A DNA stretch of 64,000 nt from Nitrospirales bacterium (GTDB lineage Bacteria; Nitrospirota; Nitrospiria; Nitrospirales; UBA8639). The translations under genes and the position numbers were made by a program. The stretch is from positions 864,001-928,000 of the forward strand of contig OY729426.1 in NCBI GenBank assembly GCA_963422365.1, written 5' to 3'. Of this stretch, positions 1 through 9,670 are shown piece by piece; position 1 is the first letter of the stretch, and the number at the start of each line of letters is the position of its first letter. Under the pieces are notes generated by a model. It ran no database searches. It saw only the letters and a list, made by a program, of their open reading frames with translations, and was not told the origin of the DNA.

Positions 1-704
1 GCGATCATGTCGTTAAACGTGGAAGCTAAGCGACCTATTTCGTCTTTCGAGGTCGTCACAATACGCTGGGTGAGATCGCCTCCGGTAATCCGTTGAGCAG
101 CAAGGGTCATGGTATCGACGGGTCGCAAGGCTCGGCTGGCCAAAAACCAGCCGCCTAACATGCTCACTGCCACGGCCAACGGAGAGCCGATGAGCAAGAC
201 GAACACCAATCGAGCCAGCATTTCTTCCATGGGTCGCAGGGAAAGACCGACTCGCAAAATGTTCACGAGGGTCTCCCCGTGTCGAACGGGATACGAGAGG
301 AGTCGAATAGGGATTTCATTGTGGAACCTGACGGTTTCGAATATGGCGTGGCCTTGAAGGGTCGATTGGAGGGCGGCTTGACTGAGAGGAATATCCCGCG
401 TTTTGATATTGGCGGACTGGAGAGTGATCTGACCTTGTGGGCCGAAAATTTGGAAGAACTTGTCAATGAGGGCCAACTCAGGAAAAGCCTGCGTCAGGTC
501 GTCCAGTAACAGGAATGGGCCAAAGCGGTGTTCTTCGAGGGACAGGGTTGCGGCGATAGCCGCTTCCTCAAGCGAATGGTCGATGTGATCCTGCAACGCG
601 CGTGCCATGACGACGTAGAGCGCGCTTGCGAACAGGATCATGAGCAAGGCCAAGCCTCCACCATACCAGATAGTCAACCGGATGCGGATGGAGGTGTTAG
701 GCAT
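1..704 (-). CDS. Sensor histidine kinase (CusS/CzcS-like), 3' part runs out of the window
   Basis: Manual translation from ATG at 704 gives MPNTSIRIRLTIWYGGGLALLMILF...(second TM)GGWFLASRALRPVDTMTLAAQRITGGDLTQRI...DEIGRLASTFNDMI, i.e. two TM helices plus a HAMP domain. It overlaps the stop of the response regulator. Confidence 0.85.
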   Translation of the reverse strand, partial: MPNTSIRIRLTIWYGGGLALLMILFASALYVVMARALQDHIDHSLEEAAIAATLSLEEHRFGPFLLLDDLTQAFPELALIDKFFQIFGPQGQITLQSANIKTRDIPLSQAALQSTLQGHAIFETVRFHNEIPIRLLSYPVRHGETLVNILRVGLSLRPMEEMLARLVFVLLIGSPLAVAVSMLGGWFLASRALRPVDTMTLAAQRITGGDLTQRIVTTSKDEIGRLASTFNDMI

Positions 705-1374
705 CGGTCAACTTCAGGGTGTATCCACTGCCTCGGACGGTGTGGATGAGTCCGCGGTCATGGCCCCGATCGATTTTATTCCGGAGATAACTGATGTACA
801 CGTCGATGACATTCGTGAAGGTATCAAAATCAAGATCCCACACGTGCTCGGCAATCATCGGGCGCGTGAGGACGCGTCCCGTATTCCGCATCATGTATTC
901 CAGCAACGCATATTCCTTGGAGGTCAGGTCGATCCGTTGCCCACCGCGTGTCACTTCGTGGCTGATGGGGTTCAATATTAAATCGTCGATTTGCAAAAGA
1001 CCCGCCGTGTCCCCACTGGCTCGACGCAACAAGGCCCTTACCCTGGCGATCAATTCTTCAATGGCAAAGGGTTTGGTGAGATAGTCGTCCGCGCCGGTAT
1101 TCAGCCCGTTCACGCGTTGGTCCACTTTCGAACGAGCGGTCAAAATCAGAATCGGTGTGGTAACCTTGGCGTCTCGTACGGCTTTCAACACTTCAATGCC
1201 TGGAAGGCCGGGAAGCAGGAGATCAAGAATGATCAGATCATAGTCGACTTCCGAGGCTAGGTCTCGACCCTGAAGGCCATCGGAACACACGTCCACCGCA
1301 TAACTTTCTTCTTCCAATGCGCGGCGAATGAACGAGGCGACTTTGGGTTCGTCTTCGACAATCAGTATGCGCAC
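697..1374 (-). CDS. OmpR-family response regulator (CusR/CzcR-like)
   Basis: MRILIVEDE, DLIILDLLLP, GADDYLTKPF receiver motifs and C-terminal winged helix (LTSKEYALLEY...IHTVRGSGY). Confidence 0.93.
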   Translation of the reverse strand: MRILIVEDEPKVASFIRRALEEESYAVDVCSDGLQGRDLASEVDYDLIILDLLLPGLPGIEVLKAVRDAKVTTPILILTARSKVDQRVNGLNTGADDYLTKPFAIEELIARVRALLRRASGDTAGLLQIDDLILNPISHEVTRGGQRIDLTSKEYALLEYMMRNTGRVLTRPMIAEHVWDLDFDTFTNVIDVYISYLRNKIDRGHDRGLIHTVRGSGYTLKLTDA

Positions 1375-1500
1375 AGTGAAATGATTATATCATGGATGAA
1401 ACAGCATGGGGTGCTCAAGAGGGTAGGGGCATCCTGCCTGTAGCCGGCAGGGACCGGCCTCATGCCGTTTTCAACGGTCATCTGGATGTCTCTGAAATTT

Positions 1501-1528
1501 TGTGGCGGCGGCATCTCATGTCGCCTTC
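1501..1528 (+). repeat. REP-like palindromic repeat copy
   Basis: tgtggcggcggcatctcatgtcgccttc; related copies at 1672-1699, 2385-2412, 57895-57918 and (inverted) 57925-57951. Confidence 0.6.
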
Positions 1529-1671
1529 CGAAGATTGGGGAAATCAGGAATCGGTGGTGGAGTGTTGCGAAACGAGGAGCACCCAATCAGCCCATCCGAT
1601 TTTTCTCTCCCCTGGAGGGAGAGGACCAAGGTGAGGGCCCCGTTTTCAGTTGCCGGTTTACCTCTTGCATC

Positions 1672-1699
1672 TGTAGGGGCACGATCTCATGGCGCCTTC
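1672..1699 (+). repeat. REP-like palindromic repeat copy (GTAG-headed)
   Basis: tgtaggggcacgatctcatggcgccttc, same family as 1501-1528. Confidence 0.6.
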
Positions 1700-2082
1700 T
1701 GAGCTTTCAAGCGGAACCCATATTGCCGGCTTGTCAGCGCGACCATTTTTCCGGTCGTTGTGTCATAGTAGGCTGCTTGCCACGTGGGTTGTCCTTGGTC
1801 ATCAAGAGTGGTTGCGGCACAACGGACGACTTTATCGAGTGCTCTTTTTTCGGCAAGCCGGAGTGCGTACCATTGAGGCCCAACGTGGACCCACAGTAAA
1901 TTCGATATGCTAGGTGGATGAGTCGTACCGTGGATTCCCTTGTCAGCGGAATTCGCCAACTGGGTTTCCGCCGTTTTCGGGTCGCAAGCCGGAGACCCTG
2001 ACTGGAAGACCCAAAGGGCCACGAGAAGAAAGCTCACGGCAACGAGGCTGATGGGCAGAATTCGGTGAGACCCTTTGACCAC
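1687..2082 (-). CDS. Hypothetical exported or membrane-anchored protein
   Basis: 131-aa ORF with N-terminal hydrophobic segment (ILPISLVAVSFLLVALWVF); no family recognised. Confidence 0.6.
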   Translation of the reverse strand: MVKGSHRILPISLVAVSFLLVALWVFQSGSPACDPKTAETQLANSADKGIHGTTHPPSISNLLWVHVGPQWYALRLAEKRALDKVVRCAATTLDDQGQPTWQAAYYDTTTGKMVALTSRQYGFRLKAQKAP

Positions 2083-2384
2083 ATTCTAAGGTTAGAGAGA
2101 TATGTCCATGAAAACAAGGTGCTCGTTTTTGAAAGAGTGAGCTTTGTTCCTTTGCTATGCTCAGGGCGAGCATCTTCGGCTCACAGCACGACAAAGGGCG
2201 GTTCAGCCTGACAGTCATCCTCAACATCTGCTTTTTAGGTGTTCCTTGGTTTGAGCGCAGCGCCTGCCCTGAGCAACGTGAAGGGAAAAATCTCGTCTTT
2301 GCTGAATGAAAGGCCTCTTTTCAGGTAGGGGATCCGTTTTTGAGATCCTGCGCTCTTCTCATGCCGAGAAACAATCCTTGGATC

Positions 2385-2412
2385 TGTCGCGGCGCTGTCT
2401 CATGGCGTCTTC
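2385..2412 (+). repeat. REP-like palindromic repeat copy (degenerate)
   Basis: tgtcgcggcgctgtctcatggcgtcttc, same family as 1501-1528. Confidence 0.5.
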
Positions 2413-2534
2413 GGAGCAACATCAAACGGGTCAACCCAATGATCCAGTTCGGATGTCTGTTGCCGACAAGTGACTTGATAGCATAACTCTTTACACAATA
2501 GAATTTGTACTCAACCCTTGAAAAAGGAGAAGAG

Positions 2535-2809
2535 TAGGCTCGCATCAATGTCATGATTGAGGAAGAAATTTTACAAGAGGTCAATCACGCCGCAGCGGAA
2601 GAAAAGCTGAGTCGCAGTGCGTTACTTTGAGAAGGCGGCACGTTGGTACCTAGAGACACAGAGGTTGGAAAAAGAAGCCGTTGAACGCAAGCAACGGATG
2701 TAAAAAGCCGCTGTGAATATGGACGGACTGGCAAACAAAATTCGGCAAATGGGGTGGAGTCGGAACCATCCGCCGGGTTCGTGACCAGCGAACAGGAACG
2801 AAACGATGA
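2535..2809 (+). pseudogene. Ribbon-helix-helix (CopG-like) antitoxin pseudogene
   Basis: AGGAG RBS at 2525-2529, lost start codon, then ARINVMIEEEILQEVNHAAAEEKLSRSA/(frameshift)FEKAARWYLE...RKQRM* with an internal stop. Its end overlaps the next gene by ATGA. Confidence 0.65.
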
Positions 2810-3264
2810 TTGCCGCGTATCATGCCGGCTACGTCGTCGATGCCTCTGTCGGAGTGAAATGGGTTGTTCGGAAACGGGAAGCCGATCGTGAAGCCACCTT
2901 GTTTTTGAGACAACATTATATAAAAGAAGAACGCGATTGATGGTGCGGAACGATTTCTGTTGGAAGTGCCCAACGCCATCAAACCCAGCGGAAAGGTCAC
3001 GAAAAAAGTATTGGCCTGCTCACGACACTGGCCGACCTGGAGATGCAGGTGGAACGACATACTTACGCCGTGCTGCGGAAGGCCAATGCCGTTGCGTGGG
3101 CCTACAACCTCACGTGGTACGACGCCGTCTACGTGGCCCTGGCCCCGAGATTGTAGGATTCCCCTGTGTCAGGGGCAGATGAAGCACTGCTCCGAAAAAT
3201 GAAAGGTCACAGCATCGTGCTCAGGATCAAGGAATTGGCGTTTCAATACCATGTCTTATCTTAA
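2806..3264 (+). pseudogene. PIN-domain (VapC-like) toxin pseudogene
   Basis: Pieces in different frames: YVVDASVGVKW, FLLEVPNAI, NLTWYDAVYVALA, ADEALLRK. These are PIN-domain motifs broken by frameshifts. Confidence 0.75.
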
Positions 3265-5494
3265 GATGCCTTCAACGCAATCAAAACGCTACCTAGCGCA
3301 TGTTCGTCAAAAGGATGGCGTTTCTTTTGAGGAGCATGATCTGGAAAAACATTTGCGTGAAGTTGCCAGGGGTGCTGAAAAATTCTCCGAAAATTTTGGA
3401 AGCTCGGATTGGGGATTTCTTGCAGGGTTGTGGCATGACCTGGGGAAATATAGCGTGGAATTTCAGCGTTACATCAAGTCCGTGTCTGGTTACGACGCCG
3501 AAGCACATCTTGAAGGGCCAGTTGGTCGAGTTGACCACTCGACGGCTGGGGCACAGTACGCAGTAGACCAATTCGGGCTACATGGTCGGATATTAGCGTA
3601 TCTCATTGCCGGCCATCACACCGGACTGCCAGATTGGCACACAAGTGAAACCGCAGGCACGGCGTTAAAAGTACGCTTGGACGATAGCAGTCATTTGAAA
3701 CGTACCCTCAGCCAGGCAATTCCTCCCGAGATTCTTTCTCAACCGAAACCGACCAGCGCCCTGCTCGGCAAGGCTGGGGGCTTCGCCTTGTGGGTACGCA
3801 TGTTGTTTTCGTGTCTGGTGGATGCGGATTTTCTCGATACCGAAGCATTTATGGACATGGACAAGGCGGCGCAGCGGATCAATACTCCGACGCCCACGGA
3901 CTTGCTGCCGCGTTTCAATACCTACATGGAAGAGCAATTTTCACACGCTCCACCTACGCGCGTGAATCATATCAGAGCCAGAGTGCTCCAGCAGTGCCGG
4001 AATAAGGCCCATGAAGCGCCGGGGATGTTTTCGTTGACCGTTCCTACTGGCGGCGGCAAAACACTGTCAAGTCTTGCCTTTGCTCTGGAACATGCGGCTA
4101 TCCATGGAAAGCGGCGGATTATTTATGCCATTCCCTATGCCAGCATTATTGAGCAAACCGCAAACGTTTTCCGGGACATATTCCCCGATTCGGTGATCGA
4201 ACACCACAGCAACCTCGACCCCGATAAGGAAACAGCAAAAAGTCGTTTGGCAACAGAAAATTGGGATGCACCCGTGATCGTGACCACCAACGTCCAGTTC
4301 TTCGAGTCGCTATTTGCCGCCAAGACGAGTCGTTGCCGCAAATTGCACAACATCGTGGATAGTGTTGTTATATTGGATGAAGCCCAGCTATTGCCGCCCG
4401 AGTTTCTGCAACCGATTCTCGATGTGATGAATCTGCTGGTCCGTCACTACGGCGTGACCTTCGTATTATCGACGGCCACCCAACCGGCGCTGGGCACATT
4501 AAAAACTTTTCAGCAGACAATTCGTGGTCTTGACCATATGCGCGAAATCATTGACGACCCAGATACATTGTATCGTGACCTGGAGCGCATTGCCGTTTCC
4601 ATTCCGGACGACTTCCGGCAACCGCAGAATTGGGACGAAATCACGCGGCAAATCTTGCAGCATTCGTCTGTCCTCACGGTGGTCAACTCCCGCGCTGACG
4701 CGCGTGAACTGCACCAACATATGCCTGAGGGGACCATACACTTGTCGGCCCTTATGTGTGGAGAGCACCGCTCGCGTGTCATTATCGATATCAAACAGCG
4801 ATTGCGTGCTGGTGAAGCTGTACGCGTAGTGAGTACGCAGTTGGTAGAGGCAGGGGTTGATGTGGATTTTCCCGTGGTGTACCGCGCACTCGCGGGGCTG
4901 GATTCGATCGCGCAAGCCGCCGGCCGCTGTAACCGTGAGGGCAAGCTGGAACGCGGTGAAGTGATTGTGTTTGTCCCGCCTAAACCCGCACCGCCGGGTC
5001 CTCTGCGGCGTGCTGCGGAGACGACCGTCTCGTTGCTGTCAGGGTCTTCCGACCACACACTGATGCCGGACTTGTTCTCTCTCTACTTCAAGCATTTCTA
5101 TAGTAAGCAATCGCTCGACACACATGGCATCACCGACTTACTTACGCCCCAGGGAGGTAACGACGATCCGTTGAAAGTGCAGTTTCGTACCGCGGCCCAG
5201 CGTTTCCGGCTCATTGACGAGTCGGGCTATCGCAGCATCCTGGTACGGTATGGCGACAGTCCGGGATTGCTTGGCCGTTTGCAGAAAAAAGGGCCGGAGC
5301 GCTGGCTGATGCGTAAACTCCAGCGCTACACCGTATCCCTGCCGGAATATCAATTCCAAAAATTGCTGGCCAGCGGCGACGTATCTGAAATCTATTCCGG
5401 CATATTTGCGCAGACTGCGGACGTGCTGTATCACCTACAGCTTGGGATATTGTTGGACGACGTCAACCCCGATCCGAGCGATTTGATTAGTTAG
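3251..5494 (+). CDS. cas3: CRISPR-associated HD nuclease-helicase Cas3 (type I-C)
   Basis: LWHDLGK HD motif, GHHTGL, LVDADFLDT, Walker A PTGGGKT, DEAQ, SAT and QAAGRCNR. Confidence 0.97.
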   Translation: MSYLKMPSTQSKRYLAHVRQKDGVSFEEHDLEKHLREVARGAEKFSENFGSSDWGFLAGLWHDLGKYSVEFQRYIKSVSGYDAEAHLEGPVGRVDHSTAGAQYAVDQFGLHGRILAYLIAGHHTGLPDWHTSETAGTALKVRLDDSSHLKRTLSQAIPPEILSQPKPTSALLGKAGGFALWVRMLFSCLVDADFLDTEAFMDMDKAAQRINTPTPTDLLPRFNTYMEEQFSHAPPTRVNHIRARVLQQCRNKAHEAPGMFSLTVPTGGGKTLSSLAFALEHAAIHGKRRIIYAIPYASIIEQTANVFRDIFPDSVIEHHSNLDPDKETAKSRLATENWDAPVIVTTNVQFFESLFAAKTSRCRKLHNIVDSVVILDEAQLLPPEFLQPILDVMNLLVRHYGVTFVLSTATQPALGTLKTFQQTIRGLDHMREIIDDPDTLYRDLERIAVSIPDDFRQPQNWDEITRQILQHSSVLTVVNSRADARELHQHMPEGTIHLSALMCGEHRSRVIIDIKQRLRAGEAVRVVSTQLVEAGVDVDFPVVYRALAGLDSIAQAAGRCNREGKLERGEVIVFVPPKPAPPGPLRRAAETTVSLLSGSSDHTLMPDLFSLYFKHFYSKQSLDTHGITDLLTPQGGNDDPLKVQFRTAAQRFRLIDESGYRSILVRYGDSPGLLGRLQKKGPERWLMRKLQRYTVSLPEYQFQKLLASGDVSEIYSGIFAQTADVLYHLQLGILLDDVNPDPSDLIS

Positions 5495-5504
5495 GCTTGA
5501 AGAC

Positions 5505-5533
5505 TTGACATGAGCTAAGTGTGATTCTATATT
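5505..5533 (+). promoter_or_regulatory. Sigma70-type promoter of the cas5-cas8c-cas7 operon
   Basis: TTGACA (5505-5510), 17 nt, TATATT (5528-5533); predicted start near 5540. Confidence 0.8.
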
Positions 5534-5548
5534 AATTTTCATTGTCTT

Positions 5549-5626
5549 ATAGCACTATTTCAGTGAGGATTGAAACCATTGTCTTATAGCACCTGACCTC
5601 CACTCAGTCCTTGGATGAGTGGAGGT
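5549..5626 (+). ncRNA. Putative crRNA-like regulatory RNA (mini-repeat + 16-nt guide + hairpin)
   Basis: CACT-atttc-AGTG mini stem followed by AGGATTGAAAC (5566-5576, identical to the last 11 nt of the array repeat). Then cattgtcttatagcac (5577-5592, identical to 5540-5555) and an 11-bp perfect stem 5596-5606/5616-5626. Confidence 0.7.
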
Positions 5627-5642
5627 TAAGTCGGGAGGACCA

Positions 5643-6368
5643 ATGAAAACCTATTGTCTTGAAGTCAGGGGTGACTTCGCCTGCTTCACACGACCTGAAA
5701 TGAAAGTCGAGCGCGTCAGCTATGACGTGATGACACCCTCGGCGGCTCGGGCCATTTTTGAGGCGATTCTCTGGAAACCGGCGATATGCTGGCAGGTGAG
5801 CAGGATCGAGGTGCTCAGCCCCATCAAGTGGATCAATCTGAGACGTAATGAAGTCGGTGGTGTTGCTTCGACGCGCAATATCGAAAGCGCGATGAGGTCC
5901 GGCACGGGGCAACTGGGCATGTATATAGAGGACGAGCGTCAACAGCGTGCTGGGTTGTTGCTGCGCGACGTGAGATACCGTCTCCATGCGTCGTTTGAGT
6001 TGCGCGACCCCAGCGTGCATAAGACGAATTTTCCACATCTAAGCAAACGAACGGTGAATGCTGGCGAGACCGATATGGATAACGAGCCGAATCAGGCAGT
6101 GAAATTCATGACGATGTTCGAGCGCCGTGCAAGTAAAGGGCAGTGCGTGAATCAGCCATATCTGGGCTGCCGGGAGTTTGCGGCGGATTTTTGGCTCGTG
6201 GAGCCGGGAGATTCACCAGCGCAACCGATCTCCGAGACACGCGAGTTGGGCTATATGCTGTATGACCTGGACTATCGTAGCCCCGCCACTCCCCCCCCGC
6301 TCTTTTTTCGAGCCAGCTTGATGAACGGCGTGCTCAACGTTCCGACCTGGGAGGAGGTGCGAGGATGA
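5643..6368 (+). CDS. cas5c: Type I-C Cas5 (Cas5d), crRNA-processing Cascade subunit
   Basis: GDFACFTRPEMKVERVSYDVMTPSAARAIFEAILWKP and QPYLGCREF; GGAGG RBS at 5634-5638 favours ATG 5643. Confidence 0.95.
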   Translation: MKTYCLEVRGDFACFTRPEMKVERVSYDVMTPSAARAIFEAILWKPAICWQVSRIEVLSPIKWINLRRNEVGGVASTRNIESAMRSGTGQLGMYIEDERQQRAGLLLRDVRYRLHASFELRDPSVHKTNFPHLSKRTVNAGETDMDNEPNQAVKFMTMFERRASKGQCVNQPYLGCREFAADFWLVEPGDSPAQPISETRELGYMLYDLDYRSPATPPPLFFRASLMNGVLNVPTWEEVRG

Positions 6369-8101
6369 TTTTGCAAGCGCTCTACGATTACTACGAACGC
6401 AAAAGCGCTGACCCGGAAGCTGGTTTGGCTCAGCCGGGTTTTGAGTGGAAAGAGATTCCTTTCATCGTCGAAATCGACACGCACGGAAACCCGATACAGA
6501 TTGAAGACACGCGTGAGGGAGAAGGTAAGAGAAAACGGGCGAAGGCGTTTCGGGTTCCGCAAGGTGTGAAGAAAACTTCCGGTGTGGTCGCCAATCTGCT
6601 CTGGGATAATGCGGCCTACGTCTTGGGTGTAGCAAAGGGGAAACCGAAGCGAGTTGAAGAACAACGTCAAGCATTCATCGCTAAAATCGAGGCACTGCCA
6701 ACCCCGGCGCGGAATGACGCGGGCGTGCAAGCCGTGTTGCACTTCCTCCAACAGGCAAATACTGAATTGCTGTCACAATGGACTGAGTGGCAAGAGATTG
6801 TTGAGACGGTTCCGAACCTTACGTTCCGCTTACAGGGCGATATAGACCTTGTGTGCCAGCGGCAGGCAACGGTAGAAGCCATCAGGATGGAACAGGACAC
6901 AACGAGTACGAGCGGCCTGTGTCTTGTGACAGGCGAGACTGACGAAATCGAGCGTTTGCATACAGCAATCAAGGGCGTGTGGGGTGCGCAAACGTCGGGA
7001 GCCAACATCGTCTCATTCAATCTTGACGCCTTTAATTCCTACGGCAAAACACAGGGCGCAAACGCACCTGTCAGCAAACACGCCGCGTTTAGCTACACCA
7101 CCACCCTCAACCACCTGCTCCGCAAAGATTCGCCGCAACGTCTGCAAGTTGGAGGTGCCAGCGTCGTGTTCTGGGCGGATAGGCCAACGAATTGGGAAAC
7201 CCTGCCCGTCGATATTTTCGGGGAGCCGACCAAAGATGATCCCGACCGTAATGTCCGGGCCGTGAGGAGTCTCTACACGGCTCTCACGAATGGCGTATTT
7301 GAAACCGAAGAAGGCCAAGCAAGATTCTTCGCCCTCGGACTTGCTCCCAACGCAGCGCGGATTGCCGTCCGTTTCTGGCAGCACGGTACGGTGGCGGAAA
7401 TGGCCGGACGGATAAAGCAGCACTTTGACGATCTGACTATTGAACGCTCACCACGTGACCCGCCCTATCTTTCGTTGTTTCGTCTGCTGGTGTCTGTGGC
7501 GACACAAGGCAAGGCGGATAATATCCCGCCGAATCTCGGGGGTGAATTGATGCGCAGCCTTCTCGCTGGCCTTCCCTATCCACAGACCTTGCTTGCGGCT
7601 GCTGTGCGCCGTATTCGTGCCGAGCACGAAGTGACGTATGCTCGTGCTGCTTTGGTCAAAGCCTGCATCAATCGTGCGACACGGTATGCAACCACCAATA
7701 TTGAGGAGGAGCTAACAATGTCTCTGGATGAAGCCAATATAAACGTCGGCTATCGCTTGGGCCGATTGTTCGCAGTCCTGGAGAAAATCCAGGAAGAAGC
7801 GCATCCCGGCATCAATGCCACCATACGGGACCGGTTTTATGGAGCGGCGTCGAGTACGCCGGTCACGGTGTTTTCGACCTTGCTGAAGCTGAAAAACCAC
7901 CATCTCTCTAAATTAGAGAATCGTGGCCGGGCGGTGAATATGGAGAAGCGTATTGGCAATATCATGGAAGGGCTGAGTGATTTTCCTGCCCAATTACGGA
8001 TAGAAGACCAGGGGCGTTTTGCTATTGGCTACTACCACCAACGGCAAGATTTTTTCAAAACAACTGATTCAAACTCATCTGATGTAAAAGAAGGAGCATA
8101 A
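6365..8101 (+). CDS. cas8c: Type I-C large subunit Cas8c/Csd1
   Basis: [10 protein letters not shown] start, [43 protein letters not shown] and FAIGYYHQ. Confidence 0.95.
   Translation: MILQALYDYYERKSADPEAGLAQPGFEWKEIPFIVEIDTHGNPIQIEDTREGEGKRKRAKAFRVPQGVKKTSGVVANLLWDNAAYVLGVAKGKPKRVEEQRQAFIAKIEALPTPARNDAGVQAVLHFLQQANTELLSQWTEWQEIVETVPNLTFRLQGDIDLVCQRQATVEAIRMEQDTTSTSGLCLVTGETDEIERLHTAIKGVWGAQTSGANIVSFNLDAFNSYGKTQGANAPVSKHAAFSYTTTLNHLLRKDSPQRLQVGGASVVFWADRPTNWETLPVDIFGEPTKDDPDRNVRAVRSLYTALTNGVFETEEGQARFFALGLAPNAARIAVRFWQHGTVAEMAGRIKQHFDDLTIERSPRDPPYLSLFRLLVSVATQGKADNIPPNLGGELMRSLLAGLPYPQTLLAAAVRRIRAEHEVTYARAALVKACINRATRYATTNIEEELTMSLDEANINVGYRLGRLFAVLEKIQEEAHPGINATIRDRFYGAASSTPVTVFSTLLKLKNHHLSKLENRGRAVNMEKRIGNIMEGLSDFPAQLRIEDQGRFAIGYYHQRQDFFKTTDSNSSDVKEGA
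7718..8101 (+). CDS. cas11c: Internally translated small subunit Cas11c (in frame within cas8c)
   Basis: GAGGAGG at 7703-7709 precedes in-frame ATG 7718 ([22 protein letters not shown]), giving 127 aa. Confidence 0.75.
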   Translation: MSLDEANINVGYRLGRLFAVLEKIQEEAHPGINATIRDRFYGAASSTPVTVFSTLLKLKNHHLSKLENRGRAVNMEKRIGNIMEGLSDFPAQLRIEDQGRFAIGYYHQRQDFFKTTDSNSSDVKEGA

Positions 8102-8103
8102 CT

Positions 8104-8988
8104 ATGGGCATTGAGAATCGGTACGATTTTGTCCTGTTATTCGACGTGAAGGACGGCAACCCCAACGGTGATCCTGACGCGGGCAATCTCCCGCGCGTCG
8201 ATGCCGAGACCGGGCGCGGTCTGGTGACTGATGTGAGCTTGAAACGCAAGGTCCGCAACTACGTTGGGATAGTGAAAGCGGAACAGCCGCCGTTTGAAAT
8301 CTACGTCAAGGAAAAGGCGATCCTCAACAAACAGCACGAACGCGCGTATGAGGCTATCGGGTCCAGTGACGCACTGAAAGGTGACGACAAAAAGCGGAAA
8401 GGCGGTGACAAGGTAGGCGAGGCACGGGCCTGGATGTGCAAAAACTTCTACGATGTGCGGACTTTTGGCGCGGTCATGTCCACAGGTGTCAATTGCGGTC
8501 AAGTCCGTGGTCCCGTTCAACTCACGTTCGCACGTTCGGTTGATCCTATTGTTGCCCAGGAACATTCGATTACTCGGATGGCGGTGGCAACAGAAGCGGA
8601 AGCTACTAAACAAGAGGGGGATAATCGTACGATGGGCCGTAAGCATACCGTGCCGTATGGTCTGTACATGGCGCGCGGCTTTGTGTCGTCACACCTGGCA
8701 ACGCAAACCGGCTTCTCCGACGACGACCTCGCACTCTTGTGGGAAGCGCTCAGCAACATGTTTGAACATGATCGTTCAGCCGCCCGCGGAGAAATGGCGA
8801 CCCGAGGCTTATATGTGTTCAAACATGACTCGCAACTGGGCAACGCGCATGCGCATGACCTTTTTATGCGTATTCAACCCAAGTTGAAAGAAGACGTCAT
8901 CGTGCCGCGTGATTTTGACCATTATCGCGTTTCGGCCGATACCACGGATTTTCCCAAAGGCGTGGAGTTGATCCAAATAGTGACGTGA
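8104..8988 (+). CDS. cas7c: Type I-C backbone Cas7/Csd2
   Basis: [40 protein letters not shown] and [11 protein letters not shown]. Confidence 0.96.
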   Translation: MGIENRYDFVLLFDVKDGNPNGDPDAGNLPRVDAETGRGLVTDVSLKRKVRNYVGIVKAEQPPFEIYVKEKAILNKQHERAYEAIGSSDALKGDDKKRKGGDKVGEARAWMCKNFYDVRTFGAVMSTGVNCGQVRGPVQLTFARSVDPIVAQEHSITRMAVATEAEATKQEGDNRTMGRKHTVPYGLYMARGFVSSHLATQTGFSDDDLALLWEALSNMFEHDRSAARGEMATRGLYVFKHDSQLGNAHAHDLFMRIQPKLKEDVIVPRDFDHYRVSADTTDFPKGVELIQIVT

Positions 8989-8992
8989 GCGT

Positions 8993-9661
8993 ATGGATTT
9001 CTCTGATAGTGCTCCGCTTTCTGGTAGAGTGAGTTTTGAAACGGAGGAGAGCAACCTTATCATGATCTCCGCCCTGGAACATTGGAGTTATTGTCCGCGG
9101 CAATGTGCGCTGATTCATGTCGAGCAAATATTTGATGAAAATCTGTACACGCTCCGTGGGCGAGCAGTTCACAAGCAGGTAGATGAGATTGAGTCAGTGG
9201 TTGAGCGTGGTGTCCGGGTCGAGCGCGCTTTGCCCCTTTGGAATCGAAGGCTTGGTTTGATAGGGAAAGCCGACGTTGTAGAATTTTACGGTGGGACGCC
9301 GTACCCTGTGGAATACAAGCACGGTTCTCGCCGCCAGCGTGAACACGATGACCTCCAACTCTGTGCGCAAGCGATGTGTTTAGAAGAAATGACAGGGCAA
9401 GCCGTGCCACGGGGCGTGATTTTTCACCACAAGTCTCGCCGCCGCAGGGAAGTTATCTTTACTCCAACCTTGAGACAGCAGGTCGAAGAGGCCATTGCAG
9501 CCATTCGGACGCTGTTGGCTGAAACAAGGCTCCCACCACCGGTCAATGATCAGCGATGTGAAAAGTGTTCGCTCAATGAATCATGTATGCCCCAGGTGAT
9601 TGAAGAGCGGAAGCATGAAAAACAGCTCCTTGCCGATCTGTTCCAGGTGGTAACCCCCTAG
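8993..9661 (+). CDS. cas4: CRISPR-associated Cas4
   Basis: ISALEHWSYCPRQ, GKADVVE, PVEYK, QLCAQAMCLEEM and C-terminal CxxCSxxxxC Fe-S ligands. Confidence 0.95.
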   Translation: MDFSDSAPLSGRVSFETEESNLIMISALEHWSYCPRQCALIHVEQIFDENLYTLRGRAVHKQVDEIESVVERGVRVERALPLWNRRLGLIGKADVVEFYGGTPYPVEYKHGSRRQREHDDLQLCAQAMCLEEMTGQAVPRGVIFHHKSRRRREVIFTPTLRQQVEEAIAAIRTLLAETRLPPPVNDQRCEKCSLNESCMPQVIEERKHEKQLLADLFQVVTP

Positions 9662-9670
9662 AGTAGGTTT

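Noticed and set aside
2468..2490. tgacttgatagcat as a second target of the mini guide (CreTA-like control of the TA promoter)
   Set aside because: Needs a gap and mismatches in the seed, and has no TTN PAM.
5619..5642. Upstream GTG start for cas5
   Set aside because: It lies inside the strong hairpin; ATG 5643 has the GGAGG RBS and matches the family start.
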